IMG/VR virus record: IMGVR_UViG_3300038465_000055
Span: 10,738 to 74,737 of that record
From: a virus
Direction: 5' to 3' (one strand)
Length of the DNA: 64,000 bases
Below, one piece after another: positions 29,501 through 37,866 of this stretch (positions are counted from its first letter, which is position 1; the number at the start of each line of letters is the position of its first letter). A program made the translations under genes and the position numbers. Under the pieces are notes generated by a model, which made no database searches, was not told where the DNA came from, and was given only the letters and a program-made list of their open reading frames with translations.

Positions 29501-30359
29501 TTGATCCCATATTTCGGAGCCAGCCGAAGCCAGCTCCCTTTATGGCTGCTACAAATTCAGGAACGAAGAACGAGCCGGAAGCCCCGCTGGTTGACATCGC
29601 AAGCGCGTATTGGGAGCAATCATCGTTCGGCGCGCCGCCGTTATTGGTGCTCCGACAAAGTATCCACTCGCCGCTGCCCGGCGCAAAAGCATAACCCGTC
29701 GGATAAAGAATGGAGAGACCGAAGCACTGCGACGTGCATTGAAACACTGCCGTGCCAGCCGTGCTGCCGTTGCACTTGAAATTCTGGTTGCTGCTGGTGA
29801 ACGTGCCCGGTGTGCCGGAACCGCTGAGCGTCATTCCACCCGTGAAAGACGACACCACAAATGTCGGCGTGGTCGTATTGCCGAAAACTATCGACATGAA
29901 CGGACGTGTCGCGGCGCACGACAGCGTATAGGTTGAGTTTAACCACAGACCATTAGTCTGCGAACCAATCTGCTGCGTCAGCGTCGTAATCGGATATTGG
30001 CTACCATCGACGTCGATGGAAGTATTGTTGTTTGTTGCTTGGTTTCCCCTCAGGGCATTTGTGTAAGTGATCGGCGTAAGATCCGCGCCGACACTGAGCA
30101 TTACTTGGGAAATGCCGGCGGGTGGCGATAAGGGCGCTGAACCATGACGATAGCCGACCGGCAGAAAGCGAGACTCACCTTGGCCGAAAAATTTAACGGC
30201 TCCCGACAACGAAGCCTTCTGCTCAATGATTAGATGCTGGATCTGAATCGAGTAGGCCAGAAGATTATTGCGCTGCGGATTGACCGGCATCGCAAAGGAA
30301 GTCGTCGTCGCCAGTGCGACTACCACACCAGCCAGAGCTGATAAAAATCTTTTGAACAT
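26562..30359 (-). CDS. Large exported protein with glycoside-hydrolase-like core and beta-rich insertions
   Basis: Signal peptide MFKRFLSALAGVVVALATTTSFA; FINLANQ...FWLNLP...EDGNEVWN; many Cys pairs. Confidence 0.7.
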   Translation of the reverse strand: MFKRFLSALAGVVVALATTTSFAMPVNPQRNNLLAYSIQIQHLIIEQKASLSGAVKFFGQGESRFLPVGYRHGSAPLSPPAGISQVMLSVGADLTPITYTNALRGNQATNNNTSIDVDGSQYPITTLTQQIGSQTNGLWLNSTYTLSCAATRPFMSIVFGNTTTPTFVVSSFTGGMTLSGSGTPGTFTSSNQNFKCNGSTAGTAVFQCTSQCFGLSILYPTGYAFAPGSGEWILCRSTNNGGAPNDDCSQYALAMSTSGASGSFFVPEFVAAIKGAGFGWLRNMGSSASDTTKMTTFGYRAQITDLHLTFTSRNVPSARSGGAGNTTPTCPLTAGSSGQAPYIFTCAPSDDMNNSANDQSLGAWADGDTVMGNPGTGPTPGWTLVNAVGDSTTNCGGGPCVSASIAHSQMTTASISGTTMTVSAFNSYGGGSASVLLGDTVFSISGTSVAANTTIVGNSTTNSSACAPACTGAGGTGTYAVSVSQTVAAQALYAGNVSAAIVGNVLYVNGLTSGTTEAGGVQTITNISSDGYHVTFNTAFVHACSGCLGYISPFAIVVSTKAGGAQAFILNCEGQGYNDNCGGINSNQLGTGYSTFAYDAILGGVIEQGGGVSPGMAPYEYFINLANQTDANFWLNLPITATNTYKTRTASLILSLMKAPLKVLTEDGNEVWNPAYQPWRLAIQRENWLNITNGSPLDYTHYMAVLASDTALAFSSVFSGSNRSRYEAAMMGQFCCALSSSDYILALGGSLLSTATNAPLCVHFGGTFTSGCSVAGRNVYPNRPIDDINTIGGAPYVGGNNITNGSDVGGSGFGLASAWFFQPVVNDWINGSEAAAISLIDQDLRGTYPRRAPQALTCSGTTFTTGTGASSYEPGGNGNFFLFTSPGGTLPSGLAGNQVYTTDTITGTASFTGTGSGTNLTVTGVTGTIAIGAAVAGTGVPSTITTTIVSQTSGTTGGAGLYVTSAATTSAGAALTTSPWNFTMKGFTAGIQNGSDVNCGTPGTGTLSLNSLIYTSTPFTFTQGNNSTVQTNLQLWQTLACSYSSSTQQSCGTAANPRPSGMGPVLMRWYEGDIEVNPYAAATFAAAVPPIQIGTTVGITGSTHTNTVVDSLSTALGYYTGMTVAAGDISGLTVSSINSGCPTTCTGNYVILSGNATGTNAGEGITFSDPSSTGAANAFNDAVFTGYKNDPSFAVTWEYYYKGFMGTDINQVTFGLMPNSGSPSSLNFLLSQQWGFSSCTSLFCNPLTSPFWQNYNGTSSFNSGH

Positions 30360-30365
30360 TTTTTA

Positions 30366-31166
30366 TTAAGTTCCTGGATACCAGTATGCCCACGGATTTT
30401 CGGACCACTTCAACAGAGTGTTGAACGACAGCATGTTGCCAAAATTAAAACTATACATATACGCAGCGATGTGACCCGGAAACGCTGCCACTGCCGCAGT
30501 GTGGTTGCCTATGTTGAAGGTGCCGTCACCTGCCGAGGCTCCGACGCTGGCCAATGCAGCCTGTGTGGCCACTACTTTTCCCGTCGCCAGATTGCGAATG
30601 ATTCCGTCAATTGAATTTGCACCGTTGGCATAGTTACTGAAGGCCGCAAAGTAAGGCACCCCAACCGCAAGCGCATAGCCAGCAGTCGGAAACGCTCCGG
30701 CGGTTTCCGGAAATAAAACAGGAGCAGTACTTACAAGCAAAGAGTTGCTCGTATTTGCATTTGCCGTGCTGTGGAGAGCAGCCGTGACTGTTGGGATGCT
30801 GTCCATGACGAAAATGCAACCATACGTAAAACCACCGATCGGATTCCTTGCCGAGAAACCGGAAAACTCGATCTGATCCGTGCTGGCGCCGTTGAACTTG
30901 ACGCTTGGACCGATCACCGGGTCTAGAAATCCAGTCGGAGCACCAATGATCGTTCCCGGTTTGCCACCTAGAAGGTTTGTGAAATTCCCGCCTAAATTGG
31001 CCACCGCCGATATCCACGGCTGTCCAGAAACAGGATGACTCTGATTCATCCCCGGAGCCACCCCAGCCGGAAACGCAAACGGCGGCCTTTGAGCTGCAAA
31101 CAGTTTGCGCGACGGCAACAGGAGGGCTGGGGCAGCAACTTGGATAAGACGACGGCGCGACAGCAT
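30366..31166 (-). CDS. LamG/concanavalin-like protein with Tat-like signal
   Basis: MLSRRRLIQVAAPALLLP; beta-sandwich pattern FNIG...FPGHIA...WSENPW. Confidence 0.7.
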   Translation of the reverse strand: MLSRRRLIQVAAPALLLPSRKLFAAQRPPFAFPAGVAPGMNQSHPVSGQPWISAVANLGGNFTNLLGGKPGTIIGAPTGFLDPVIGPSVKFNGASTDQIEFSGFSARNPIGGFTYGCIFVMDSIPTVTAALHSTANANTSNSLLVSTAPVLFPETAGAFPTAGYALAVGVPYFAAFSNYANGANSIDGIIRNLATGKVVATQAALASVGASAGDGTFNIGNHTAAVAAFPGHIAAYMYSFNFGNMLSFNTLLKWSENPWAYWYPGT

Positions 31167-31811
31167 TTAGTTTTGTCCTGCAATCGGAGCTAACTTTATC
31201 AAATTTCCGGTCCCGCCCAGCGCAGCGCCACAGTTATTTTGGGTCATCACCTTGAACTGAAGTGCAGGAACGTTAATCGGCCCCGGCGCTTTATAGGTGT
31301 TGGTGCTGATCGCAGCAGTGGGAAGAAAAATTATAGCATCTGGAGAGCGGACCATTTGCGCTGCTGTGGCAGTCTCGAACGTTGTTCCGTCTCCGGTTTG
31401 AAGAAACCAGATCGAGATGTTGCCGCCCGCCGTGCACGTCGCGGTGGCGCCAGAGGTGAAGAAGATTTCACCGAGTTGTGCGCCGCCTGTGTTTGAATTG
31501 TTGAACAGTCCAGAGGTGCCACCAACCGAACTGACGGCAACCGCACCATTGGCTAGCGCGTTCAATTCTATCGATTCCAGCGTCAGCAGCGCCGAGTAAA
31601 GACCATTGTTCGACGAGCCGAGATACCATTTGTGCGGCCCTGCATTCGGCGCGCAGTTTCCGTCATCTCCGGTTTGCGTGCTCATACCGACCGAGGACGG
31701 CACGTTGTTGTTGATCGAGATCGGATTGGTGCACGCCGCCAGCGCTGGCGCGGCGAACGCGATCAGCCAAAGCACGACTGCTGTTAGTGGTGCTGCGAGA
31801 CGCTTGATCAT
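31167..31811 (-). CDS. Exported beta-rich protein
   Basis: Signal peptide MIKRLAAPLTAVVLWLIAFAAPALA; WFLQTGDGTTFE. Confidence 0.75.
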   Translation of the reverse strand: MIKRLAAPLTAVVLWLIAFAAPALAACTNPISINNNVPSSVGMSTQTGDDGNCAPNAGPHKWYLGSSNNGLYSALLTLESIELNALANGAVAVSSVGGTSGLFNNSNTGGAQLGEIFFTSGATATCTAGGNISIWFLQTGDGTTFETATAAQMVRSPDAIIFLPTAAISTNTYKAPGPINVPALQFKVMTQNNCGAALGGTGNLIKLAPIAGQN

Positions 31812-31823
31812 AGTGATCGCTCC

Positions 31824-32009
31824 TTACCGGAAGATGAGAGAGAAATATTGACTGTTGCAGGCTTGCGAAAAATCCAGCTCGTTCGAGCACGAGTTCCCGC
31901 CACCACTGCCGGCGCCGAGCAGCATGATGCTTGCCGCGCGCGACTGATCGCCGCGAACCGAGCACGACGCGATCGCGATGAGAACGAGAATGATAATGCG
32001 CTTCTTCAC
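31824..32009 (-). CDS. 61-aa exported or lipoprotein peptide carrying the LDFSxxxNSQY motif (GTG start)
   Basis: GGAG RBS; MKKRIIILVLIAIAS-C lipobox; C-terminus ELDFSQACNSQYFSLIFR. Confidence 0.7.
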   Translation of the reverse strand: MKKRIIILVLIAIASCSVRGDQSRAASIMLLGAGSGGGNSCSNELDFSQACNSQYFSLIFR

Positions 32010-32020
32010 GTATCCACTCC

Positions 32021-35000
32021 TCAGAATTGCATGTAGCTGATCGAACCGGCGACAGCCACCGCTGCCGTTGTAATGGCGCACAGCGCGTTTCCTGACGGCA
32101 CCTTCAAGATCGTCCCCACACCGCCGCCTTTCGTAAGACCCGGATTGGACGTGCTCAGAGAATATGCCCCGCTAAGTGTGCCCTGCCCTGTAGCGCAAGC
32201 CGTTCCAGTTCCGTAAATCCATTGGAACGTGTCCACACCCGCGGCCATGAAATCTTCCGACGTGACATAGATCGACGTCGAGCCCGACAGCGCGACGATC
32301 TGGGTTGTAGTCGCCGTCGAGATGCTGATCGGCGCAGACAGGCTGTCCTGCGACAAAGTCTGGCGCCCCACGCCAGTTCCGGTCTGACCTTGGCCGGTTG
32401 CCGTAGCCGTTCCAGCCGTCTGGGCATTGTTGGTCTGCACCACAACGCTGGGCGCCGAGCCCGCCAGCGTCGCGGTATCGGTGGCAACGGTGACTCGAGG
32501 AACTGTGGCTCCCTGCGCTCCGGTACCGGTGGCCACCGCGGCGTTGCCGACCATCAGGTTGGCAAAGAGACCGTTCGTGGCACTCAGGACCGCGTTGCCT
32601 TGCAGGAGGTTGGAGAAGATGCCGTTGGTCGCTGACAAGGCCGAGCCGCCTTGCGTGAGACCAGCCGTCCACGTGCCCGATTGCGTGGCTGCAACCGTGC
32701 CTGTGATCGTGGTCGACGTCAGCGTCACGGCAAGACCGGAGACACCCGCCGCAACCAGCAATTCACCGCGCGAACTGAATAGCAGCGCAGCCTGTTGCGT
32801 GTTCGTCATTGTCGGCTGCGCCGAAAGATACTGACCGCCGACCGTGAGCGCGCTGGTCGACGCCGCCGTCGCCGCATTGAGCGGACCCGTAACCTGCGGG
32901 ATCGGCCCCTTGATATCGTCGTCAAGCTGGCCGAGACAGCCGATGATGGTATTCCCTGCAACCGAGCAGGTATGCGCCGAGGTGATCGTTCCCTCGACGA
33001 CGTTGGCGCCGTTGGCGAGCGAGCCCGCTGCGAACGCACCGGACGCGAACGCGCCCGACGCATAGGCGCCCGAAGCGATCGAGCCCGACGCATAGGCGCC
33101 GCTCGCCACCGCACCGGACACCATCGTGACAGCACCGCCCCCACCGCCCACCTTGACGTTGACTAGCAGGTTGCCCGCGGCATCCATCTGGAACGGCGAG
33201 AAGTTCCCGGACGTGATCGTGGCCGGCGTCGTGTTGAACTGGCCACCGACTAGAACTGAGCTGAATGTGCCCGTCGCGTTCTGGCCAGCGAAATCGAGCA
33301 GCGCGCCGGCATTGCCGACGATCCGATCGCTCCACGTGCCAGATTGCGTGACTGGAATGGCGCTCTGGTTGCTGGCGATCGCAACCGAGACGCTATTGGC
33401 CATCGTGACTTGGCCGTTTGGATTGACGCTATTCGGCGAGATCGATACGACGATCGCCGTGTCGGTAGCCAACGGCGGCGTGCTCCCGAGCTTGATTGCC
33501 GCCCCGACGACGTTCTGACCAGCCGCGCCCGTGACTGTACCGCCGAACACGACCGGGGGATTGGCGTTCGCAACGCCCACTGCCGTGGGACCAAAGACCG
33601 CCCCCCCGCCGCCGCCGCCGCCGGTGCATCCAGAGATACAAGCGACATTCAGGGCATTCGTGGTCGAGGCTATGACGTTCCCGGAGCCGTCGACGATCTG
33701 GGTTTTTGCCGCGCCGCTGGTTTGCAAGGTGGCCGTGGCCGCGCCCGTGGGAAGGCTGATAGTTCCTGTGATGTTGTTGATGTTGTTCGTGGCGCCGGTG
33801 AGCTGGACGCCAAAGGTACCCGTTCCGACGACGGTCGCATTGAGGGCCGCCGCCGTGGCCTGCGTCACAGCGAACGAGCTGTTGCCGATCGAACCGCCGG
33901 CCTGAAATGGCGTTCCAAGCGCTGCTATGATAGTCGCCTGATTGGCCGCCGTGCCGGCTCCCCCCAAGGTGCCAAGGTTGACCGTAGGCGTTGCCGCGAA
34001 GGCAGGGAGCGTCCCCAAGATGCCAAAGGCCGTATTGGCGATGCTGCCACCGGCTTGGAACGGCGTGCCCAGCGCCGTCTGGATCGCCGCCAGCGTGGTC
34101 TGTGTCGCGACCCCCGCGATGGTCCCCAGATTGACGGTTGGCGTCGCAGCAAACGCAGGCAGCGTGCCCGTGATGCCAAACCCGGTATTGGTGATCGAGC
34201 CGATCGCGTTGGTGCCCGCAGCGAGCCCAATCGACCAAGCGCCAGACTGCGCGGCCGGGAATGTGCCGCCAGCGCCGGTAACAAGCAGCGCCGAGCCGTT
34301 CGAACCGGTATTGGCGAGAGAGACCTGAAGCGGGGCCGCCGATACGCCGACTTCCGCTCCCGCCGCGTTGCGCAGGTTCATCATGACAGCGCGGAATTCC
34401 GTCAACTGCACCATGCCCTGATCGCCAGCCGTCAGGGGATTTGCCGTCACCGTCGTCTGATAGAAACCGCCCGCGCCAGCGAACAGCGAAGCGCCGGCCG
34501 CGAACAGCGCACCATCCGCCGTGCTCACGCCCGAACCCGAGCAGTTCGAGCACTGGATATTCAGGTTGCCGCCGGTACCGGTGAGCGGAACAAGATTGCC
34601 GCCCTGCAACATACCGACGTAGGTGGCCGAGCCCGGCGCCAGCGTGGCCACCGCTCCAACGGACGCATTCGGAGCCGCGCCGCAGCCCGTGCCGCAATTG
34701 AATGTCGGGGTGGCCGCAAATGCCGGGAGCGTGCCGCCGAGACTGACAGTGCCGCTGACCGGTTGCGTTACCGCAGATCCGTCGACCATGAGGCCATTGG
34801 CGGTCGCGACCAATCCCGTCAGGACGCCGCCGACGCTGGCGCCGAGATAGGTGGCAGAGGCCGGCACCGCGATCGAGGTGAGCGCAACCGACGCATTCGA
34901 TCCGTTGCAACCGCTGACGCAATTGACATTCGGCGTGCCCGCAACCGAGACAGGAAGGGTGACCGAAGCCTTGATGCTTACCCATTCTCCATTGGTGACG

Positions 35001-35389
35001 TCGCCGAGCTGCGGCTGAAAATTACCCGACACATCCTTGAAGCCGCCCGGCGTGCCGAAATTTCCGATCGGGCTTGCGAAGGTGGCCGAGACGCCAGTGC
35101 CGCTGCAATTCGAGCATGTGATGCTGCCGGTGACTGCAAACGTAGCTCCCGCGCCGGGCGAGACAAAGATCGGATTGGCCGACACACCCATCGGGTTGCC
35201 AGTCTGATCCTGAATGACGTTAGCCGCGCATATGACGCTGTTCGAGCAATTGAACCCATGCAGTTGGCGCGGGATCTTGTAGGCGTCGAGGAACGAATAA
35301 TTAGGGAACGTGGCCTGTTGAGCCAGAGCTGGGGAAAGGCCAACGAGCGACAGCGACCAGATCGCCAATGCCAAGAGAGCTTTTTTCAT
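32021..35389 (-). CDS. Large repetitive fibre-like protein with Sec-type signal peptide
   Basis: MKKALLALAIWSLSLVGLSPALA-Q; repeats GTLPAFAATPT x3, ALGTPFQAGGSI x2, CSNCSG x2, ASGA(Y/F) run. Confidence 0.8.
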   Translation of the reverse strand: MKKALLALAIWSLSLVGLSPALAQQATFPNYSFLDAYKIPRQLHGFNCSNSVICAANVIQDQTGNPMGVSANPIFVSPGAGATFAVTGSITCSNCSGTGVSATFASPIGNFGTPGGFKDVSGNFQPQLGDVTNGEWVSIKASVTLPVSVAGTPNVNCVSGCNGSNASVALTSIAVPASATYLGASVGGVLTGLVATANGLMVDGSAVTQPVSGTVSLGGTLPAFAATPTFNCGTGCGAAPNASVGAVATLAPGSATYVGMLQGGNLVPLTGTGGNLNIQCSNCSGSGVSTADGALFAAGASLFAGAGGFYQTTVTANPLTAGDQGMVQLTEFRAVMMNLRNAAGAEVGVSAAPLQVSLANTGSNGSALLVTGAGGTFPAAQSGAWSIGLAAGTNAIGSITNTGFGITGTLPAFAATPTVNLGTIAGVATQTTLAAIQTALGTPFQAGGSIANTAFGILGTLPAFAATPTVNLGTLGGAGTAANQATIIAALGTPFQAGGSIGNSSFAVTQATAAALNATVVGTGTFGVQLTGATNNINNITGTISLPTGAATATLQTSGAAKTQIVDGSGNVIASTTNALNVACISGCTGGGGGGGAVFGPTAVGVANANPPVVFGGTVTGAAGQNVVGAAIKLGSTPPLATDTAIVVSISPNSVNPNGQVTMANSVSVAIASNQSAIPVTQSGTWSDRIVGNAGALLDFAGQNATGTFSSVLVGGQFNTTPATITSGNFSPFQMDAAGNLLVNVKVGGGGGAVTMVSGAVASGAYASGSIASGAYASGAFASGAFAAGSLANGANVVEGTITSAHTCSVAGNTIIGCLGQLDDDIKGPIPQVTGPLNAATAASTSALTVGGQYLSAQPTMTNTQQAALLFSSRGELLVAAGVSGLAVTLTSTTITGTVAATQSGTWTAGLTQGGSALSATNGIFSNLLQGNAVLSATNGLFANLMVGNAAVATGTGAQGATVPRVTVATDTATLAGSAPSVVVQTNNAQTAGTATATGQGQTGTGVGRQTLSQDSLSAPISISTATTTQIVALSGSTSIYVTSEDFMAAGVDTFQWIYGTGTACATGQGTLSGAYSLSTSNPGLTKGGGVGTILKVPSGNALCAITTAAVAVAGSISYMQF

Positions 35390-35414
35390 CGCTCGAATTC
35401 CCCAAAGGAAAGTG

Positions 35415-35855
35415 TCAGCCGCCGATCAGCGGTATGTACTGCGAATTTTCTGCATCCGAAAAATCAAGGTCAGGATCTTCTTCGCCTCGTATCCGCAGGT
35501 AAACGATTTCCACGAAGATACGGCCCTGCGCCGTCGTCGCATTGTTCATCAGAGCATACACTGATCCGATTGCTCCGACCGACAACCAGACGGAAACAAA
35601 CGGATTATTTATTGCCTTGTTACCTATCACCAAACCTTCATCCGGAGGTTCGATCTGATCCCACGTCGAAGTCACGATCGTGTCGCCCGCCGCCGCCGGT
35701 GGCACAGCAAGCCGTATCGAATAATCGATACCGAAGTCGAGTTTTTCGATCGAATTCTTTGCTGGCCATTCAAGCAGTTGGCGCCCGCGACCGGGGGTAA
35801 CGATTCGCGAAAATCCTGCCGGCAGAATAACCCGCTGTGAATTAACGCCGACCAT
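35415..35855 (-). CDS. Fibre adaptor-like protein with C-terminal LDFSxxxNSQY motif
   Basis: KLDFGIDYS...VWLSVG...TTAQGR; ends DLDFSDAENSQYIPLIGG. Confidence 0.65.
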   Translation of the reverse strand: MVGVNSQRVILPAGFSRIVTPGRGRQLLEWPAKNSIEKLDFGIDYSIRLAVPPAAAGDTIVTSTWDQIEPPDEGLVIGNKAINNPFVSVWLSVGAIGSVYALMNNATTAQGRIFVEIVYLRIRGEEDPDLDFSDAENSQYIPLIGG

Positions 35856-35868
35856 GACCGTTCACGCC

Positions 35869-36183
35869 CTATTTATAATATGACACGTTGAGGACAGCGG
35901 TTGCCGACTGCTGGATGAATTGCAGCGCGGCCAGATTGGCGAGGGGAATCGGCGCAGCTCCAGCCGTGATCTGCATCCCGATCGTCGCAGTTGGCGCTGT
36001 CCCGTCATCGCGATAATTCACATTTGCGCCCGTGCACATCACCAAGGCATAGGTCGCGCCCGCCGGCACTGTAAACGCCGCCGCCACTGTCAATGCCGTG
36101 ATCTGCTGGAATCCCAACGGCTTGCCTGACGGGATGATCGTGACCGGCGTCGACGCACCAGCCTGCACAAGTTGGTTTGCCAT
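35869..36183 (-). CDS. Small beta-rich structural protein (possible capsid spike/fibre base)
   Basis: VPAGATYAL...YRDDGTAPT...LNVSYY. Confidence 0.7.
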   Translation of the reverse strand: MANQLVQAGASTPVTIIPSGKPLGFQQITALTVAAAFTVPAGATYALVMCTGANVNYRDDGTAPTATIGMQITAGAAPIPLANLAALQFIQQSATAVLNVSYYK

Positions 36184-36196
36184 TATCTATTTTCCC

Positions 36197-36715
36197 TCAT
36201 GTGATCCCGAACAGAGTCGGTCCCCACTTCTGTGCGATCGACAGATAGCGTCGGCCCCATGGCGTCTTCATGTTTTGCAGATCCGACAGCGAGAGCTGCG
36301 CGAGCGAATCAGGAACGACCATCGACTCGCTTGTTCCCTCATCGCTCGCGGACGATATCACGCCTGAGACGAAACCGTTGACGTTGAATTTTCTTCGCAG
36401 ATACGCAAAGACAGGCAGCCTGTCCTTACCGATGGTCCCATAAAACGGCGGCGGATTGCCGAACGCATCACCGATGTCAGGCGCATAATTGATCAGGATA
36501 TCCGCTGCCAGATTGTAGACCGCCTGATGATAAAGGAACGGCACAGCACACCTGATGAAGCCGTTCACCGTTTCCCGCGCCGAGTGAAAAGCAAAGAACA
36601 CCACCGGCGAGGTTGGTGGCAACTGTGCCGGAGTGATCTGCATAAAACCGTAGACGAATTGAAGGAATCCATCGACGGTCGGCGGGGGAACGATGAACGG
36701 CGGATCATTATCCAT
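36197..36715 (-). CDS. Head-tail adaptor (DUF4054-like)
   Basis: AVYNLAAD...GVISSASDEGTS...KTPWGRRYL. Confidence 0.8.
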   Translation of the reverse strand: MDNDPPFIVPPPTVDGFLQFVYGFMQITPAQLPPTSPVVFFAFHSARETVNGFIRCAVPFLYHQAVYNLAADILINYAPDIGDAFGNPPPFYGTIGKDRLPVFAYLRRKFNVNGFVSGVISSASDEGTSESMVVPDSLAQLSLSDLQNMKTPWGRRYLSIAQKWGPTLFGIT

Positions 36716-36969
36716 CAGCGCGGTCCCTCGAACGACTCGAGAAACAGGCCCTCTCGATAGGCGCCATTGTGCAGGACATAATGCCGCGCGCCCCACTTGA
36801 TGACGTCTGGAGGCCCGCCGGGCGGCAGCCTGATCGTTGTGACGCGCTCCCCTGACTTGGTGAACAACTGCACGTCGCCTCTATTTTCAGGACGCTTCAT
36901 TTCCTGCTGTGGCATGTCAAATCCCGTGATGTTCCAAACCTCGCCTTTTTCATCTGCCCACTGGCCCAC
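36715..36969 (-). CDS. Hypothetical protein
   Basis: Coupled ORF. Confidence 0.55.
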   Translation of the reverse strand: MGQWADEKGEVWNITGFDMPQQEMKRPENRGDVQLFTKSGERVTTIRLPPGGPPDVIKWGARHYVLHNGAYREGLFLESFEGPR

Positions 36970-36975
36970 GGCGCG

Positions 36976-37473
36976 CTACCCCTTTCGCCGCTTCGACGGC
37001 CGAGCCGTCCCGGTGTCGATCTCGGTGCGATAGCCATCTGCCCATGCGCCATCTTCATCCTGCACCGAAAACTCCGTCTTTCGAATGTTGGGAAGATCGT
37101 ACTTCTGATTATCGCGCACCATCCGGTTGGTCTCGACGATCGCCGCCACCTTGCGCATTTCCTGCCCGCGCAGCACAAGCACGTTCTGGTTGGCGTGAAA
37201 AAGCTTTTCGATTTTCGACGAGCTGATTTCCTTGCCGACCTGATAGCAAAGCCCGCGGAACATCGTGCTCCCTTGGTCGATCGTGTCTACCGACGTCAGG
37301 CCGTACTTTTCGCCCTGATGAACGATCGCCGCGACCTCATCCGGTGTAAGATCGCCGCTGATTTTGATCTGCTCGCCCATGGGAATGATTTCGTGCAGGG
37401 CACTCTTTTTCTCCGGAAGCCGGTAATAGAAATCCCAATGCTGTCCCGTAGCGTTTCCAAGATATAGATCCAT
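36976..37473 (-). CDS. Conserved-looking head-region protein
   Basis: MDLYLGNATGQHWDFYYRLPE; AGGAG RBS. Confidence 0.75.
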   Translation of the reverse strand: MDLYLGNATGQHWDFYYRLPEKKSALHEIIPMGEQIKISGDLTPDEVAAIVHQGEKYGLTSVDTIDQGSTMFRGLCYQVGKEISSSKIEKLFHANQNVLVLRGQEMRKVAAIVETNRMVRDNQKYDLPNIRKTEFSVQDEDGAWADGYRTEIDTGTARPSKRRKG

Positions 37474-37551
37474 CGTGCCTTCTCCTGTTGATGGTGGTGC
37501 CCGGCATTCCACCGGGCGGCGTCCTTAGCGTCCGCTGCATCATTCCTTTAT

Positions 37552-37583
37552 AAACGAAACGCGGCAGCCGTGAAGCTACCGCG
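37552..37583 (-). terminator. Intrinsic terminator downstream of the capsid genes
   Basis: CGCGGTAGC-TTCACG-GCTGCCGCG followed by TTTCGTTT on the minus strand. Confidence 0.75.
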
Positions 37584-37611
37584 CTGCGTTCCTCCGCCGA
37601 TATTCAAAAAC

Positions 37612-37773
37612 TCAAAACTTGATGTTGAAGCCGGGACCGCCGCCGCCCTGAAGATGCTGCTCGATATGCTCCAAGCGCGCTTTAAGCTGCTCGATCTCCC
37701 CCAGCGCTGTTTCCAGCGCCGTCTGTAGCTCTTGCACGACGGCCGGTAGATTTGAATTTAATGGTGTCGCCAT
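37612..37773 (-). CDS. Small coiled-coil protein
   Basis: RBS; heptad pattern VVQELQTALETALGEIEQLKARLEHIE. Confidence 0.6.
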   Translation of the reverse strand: MATPLNSNLPAVVQELQTALETALGEIEQLKARLEHIEQHLQGGGGPGFNIKF

Positions 37774-37866
37774 GTTGTTTTCCTTTTCGTCGCGACTCTC
37801 GCGCAAGCCACACATCAAGATCAAGGTTGCTCTGGGCTTTCGTTATAGCAGCAAGTAGCTGAAACG

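Noticed and set aside
33344-35800. 818-aa + strand ORF and 518-aa alternative-frame ORF (33429-34985)
   Set aside because: Arg-rich shadow frames of the GC-rich repetitive fibre gene; no motifs recognised.
37489-37545. tRNA gene
   Set aside because: Too short, no TTC in the loop, no anticodon arm; kept only as a structured element.
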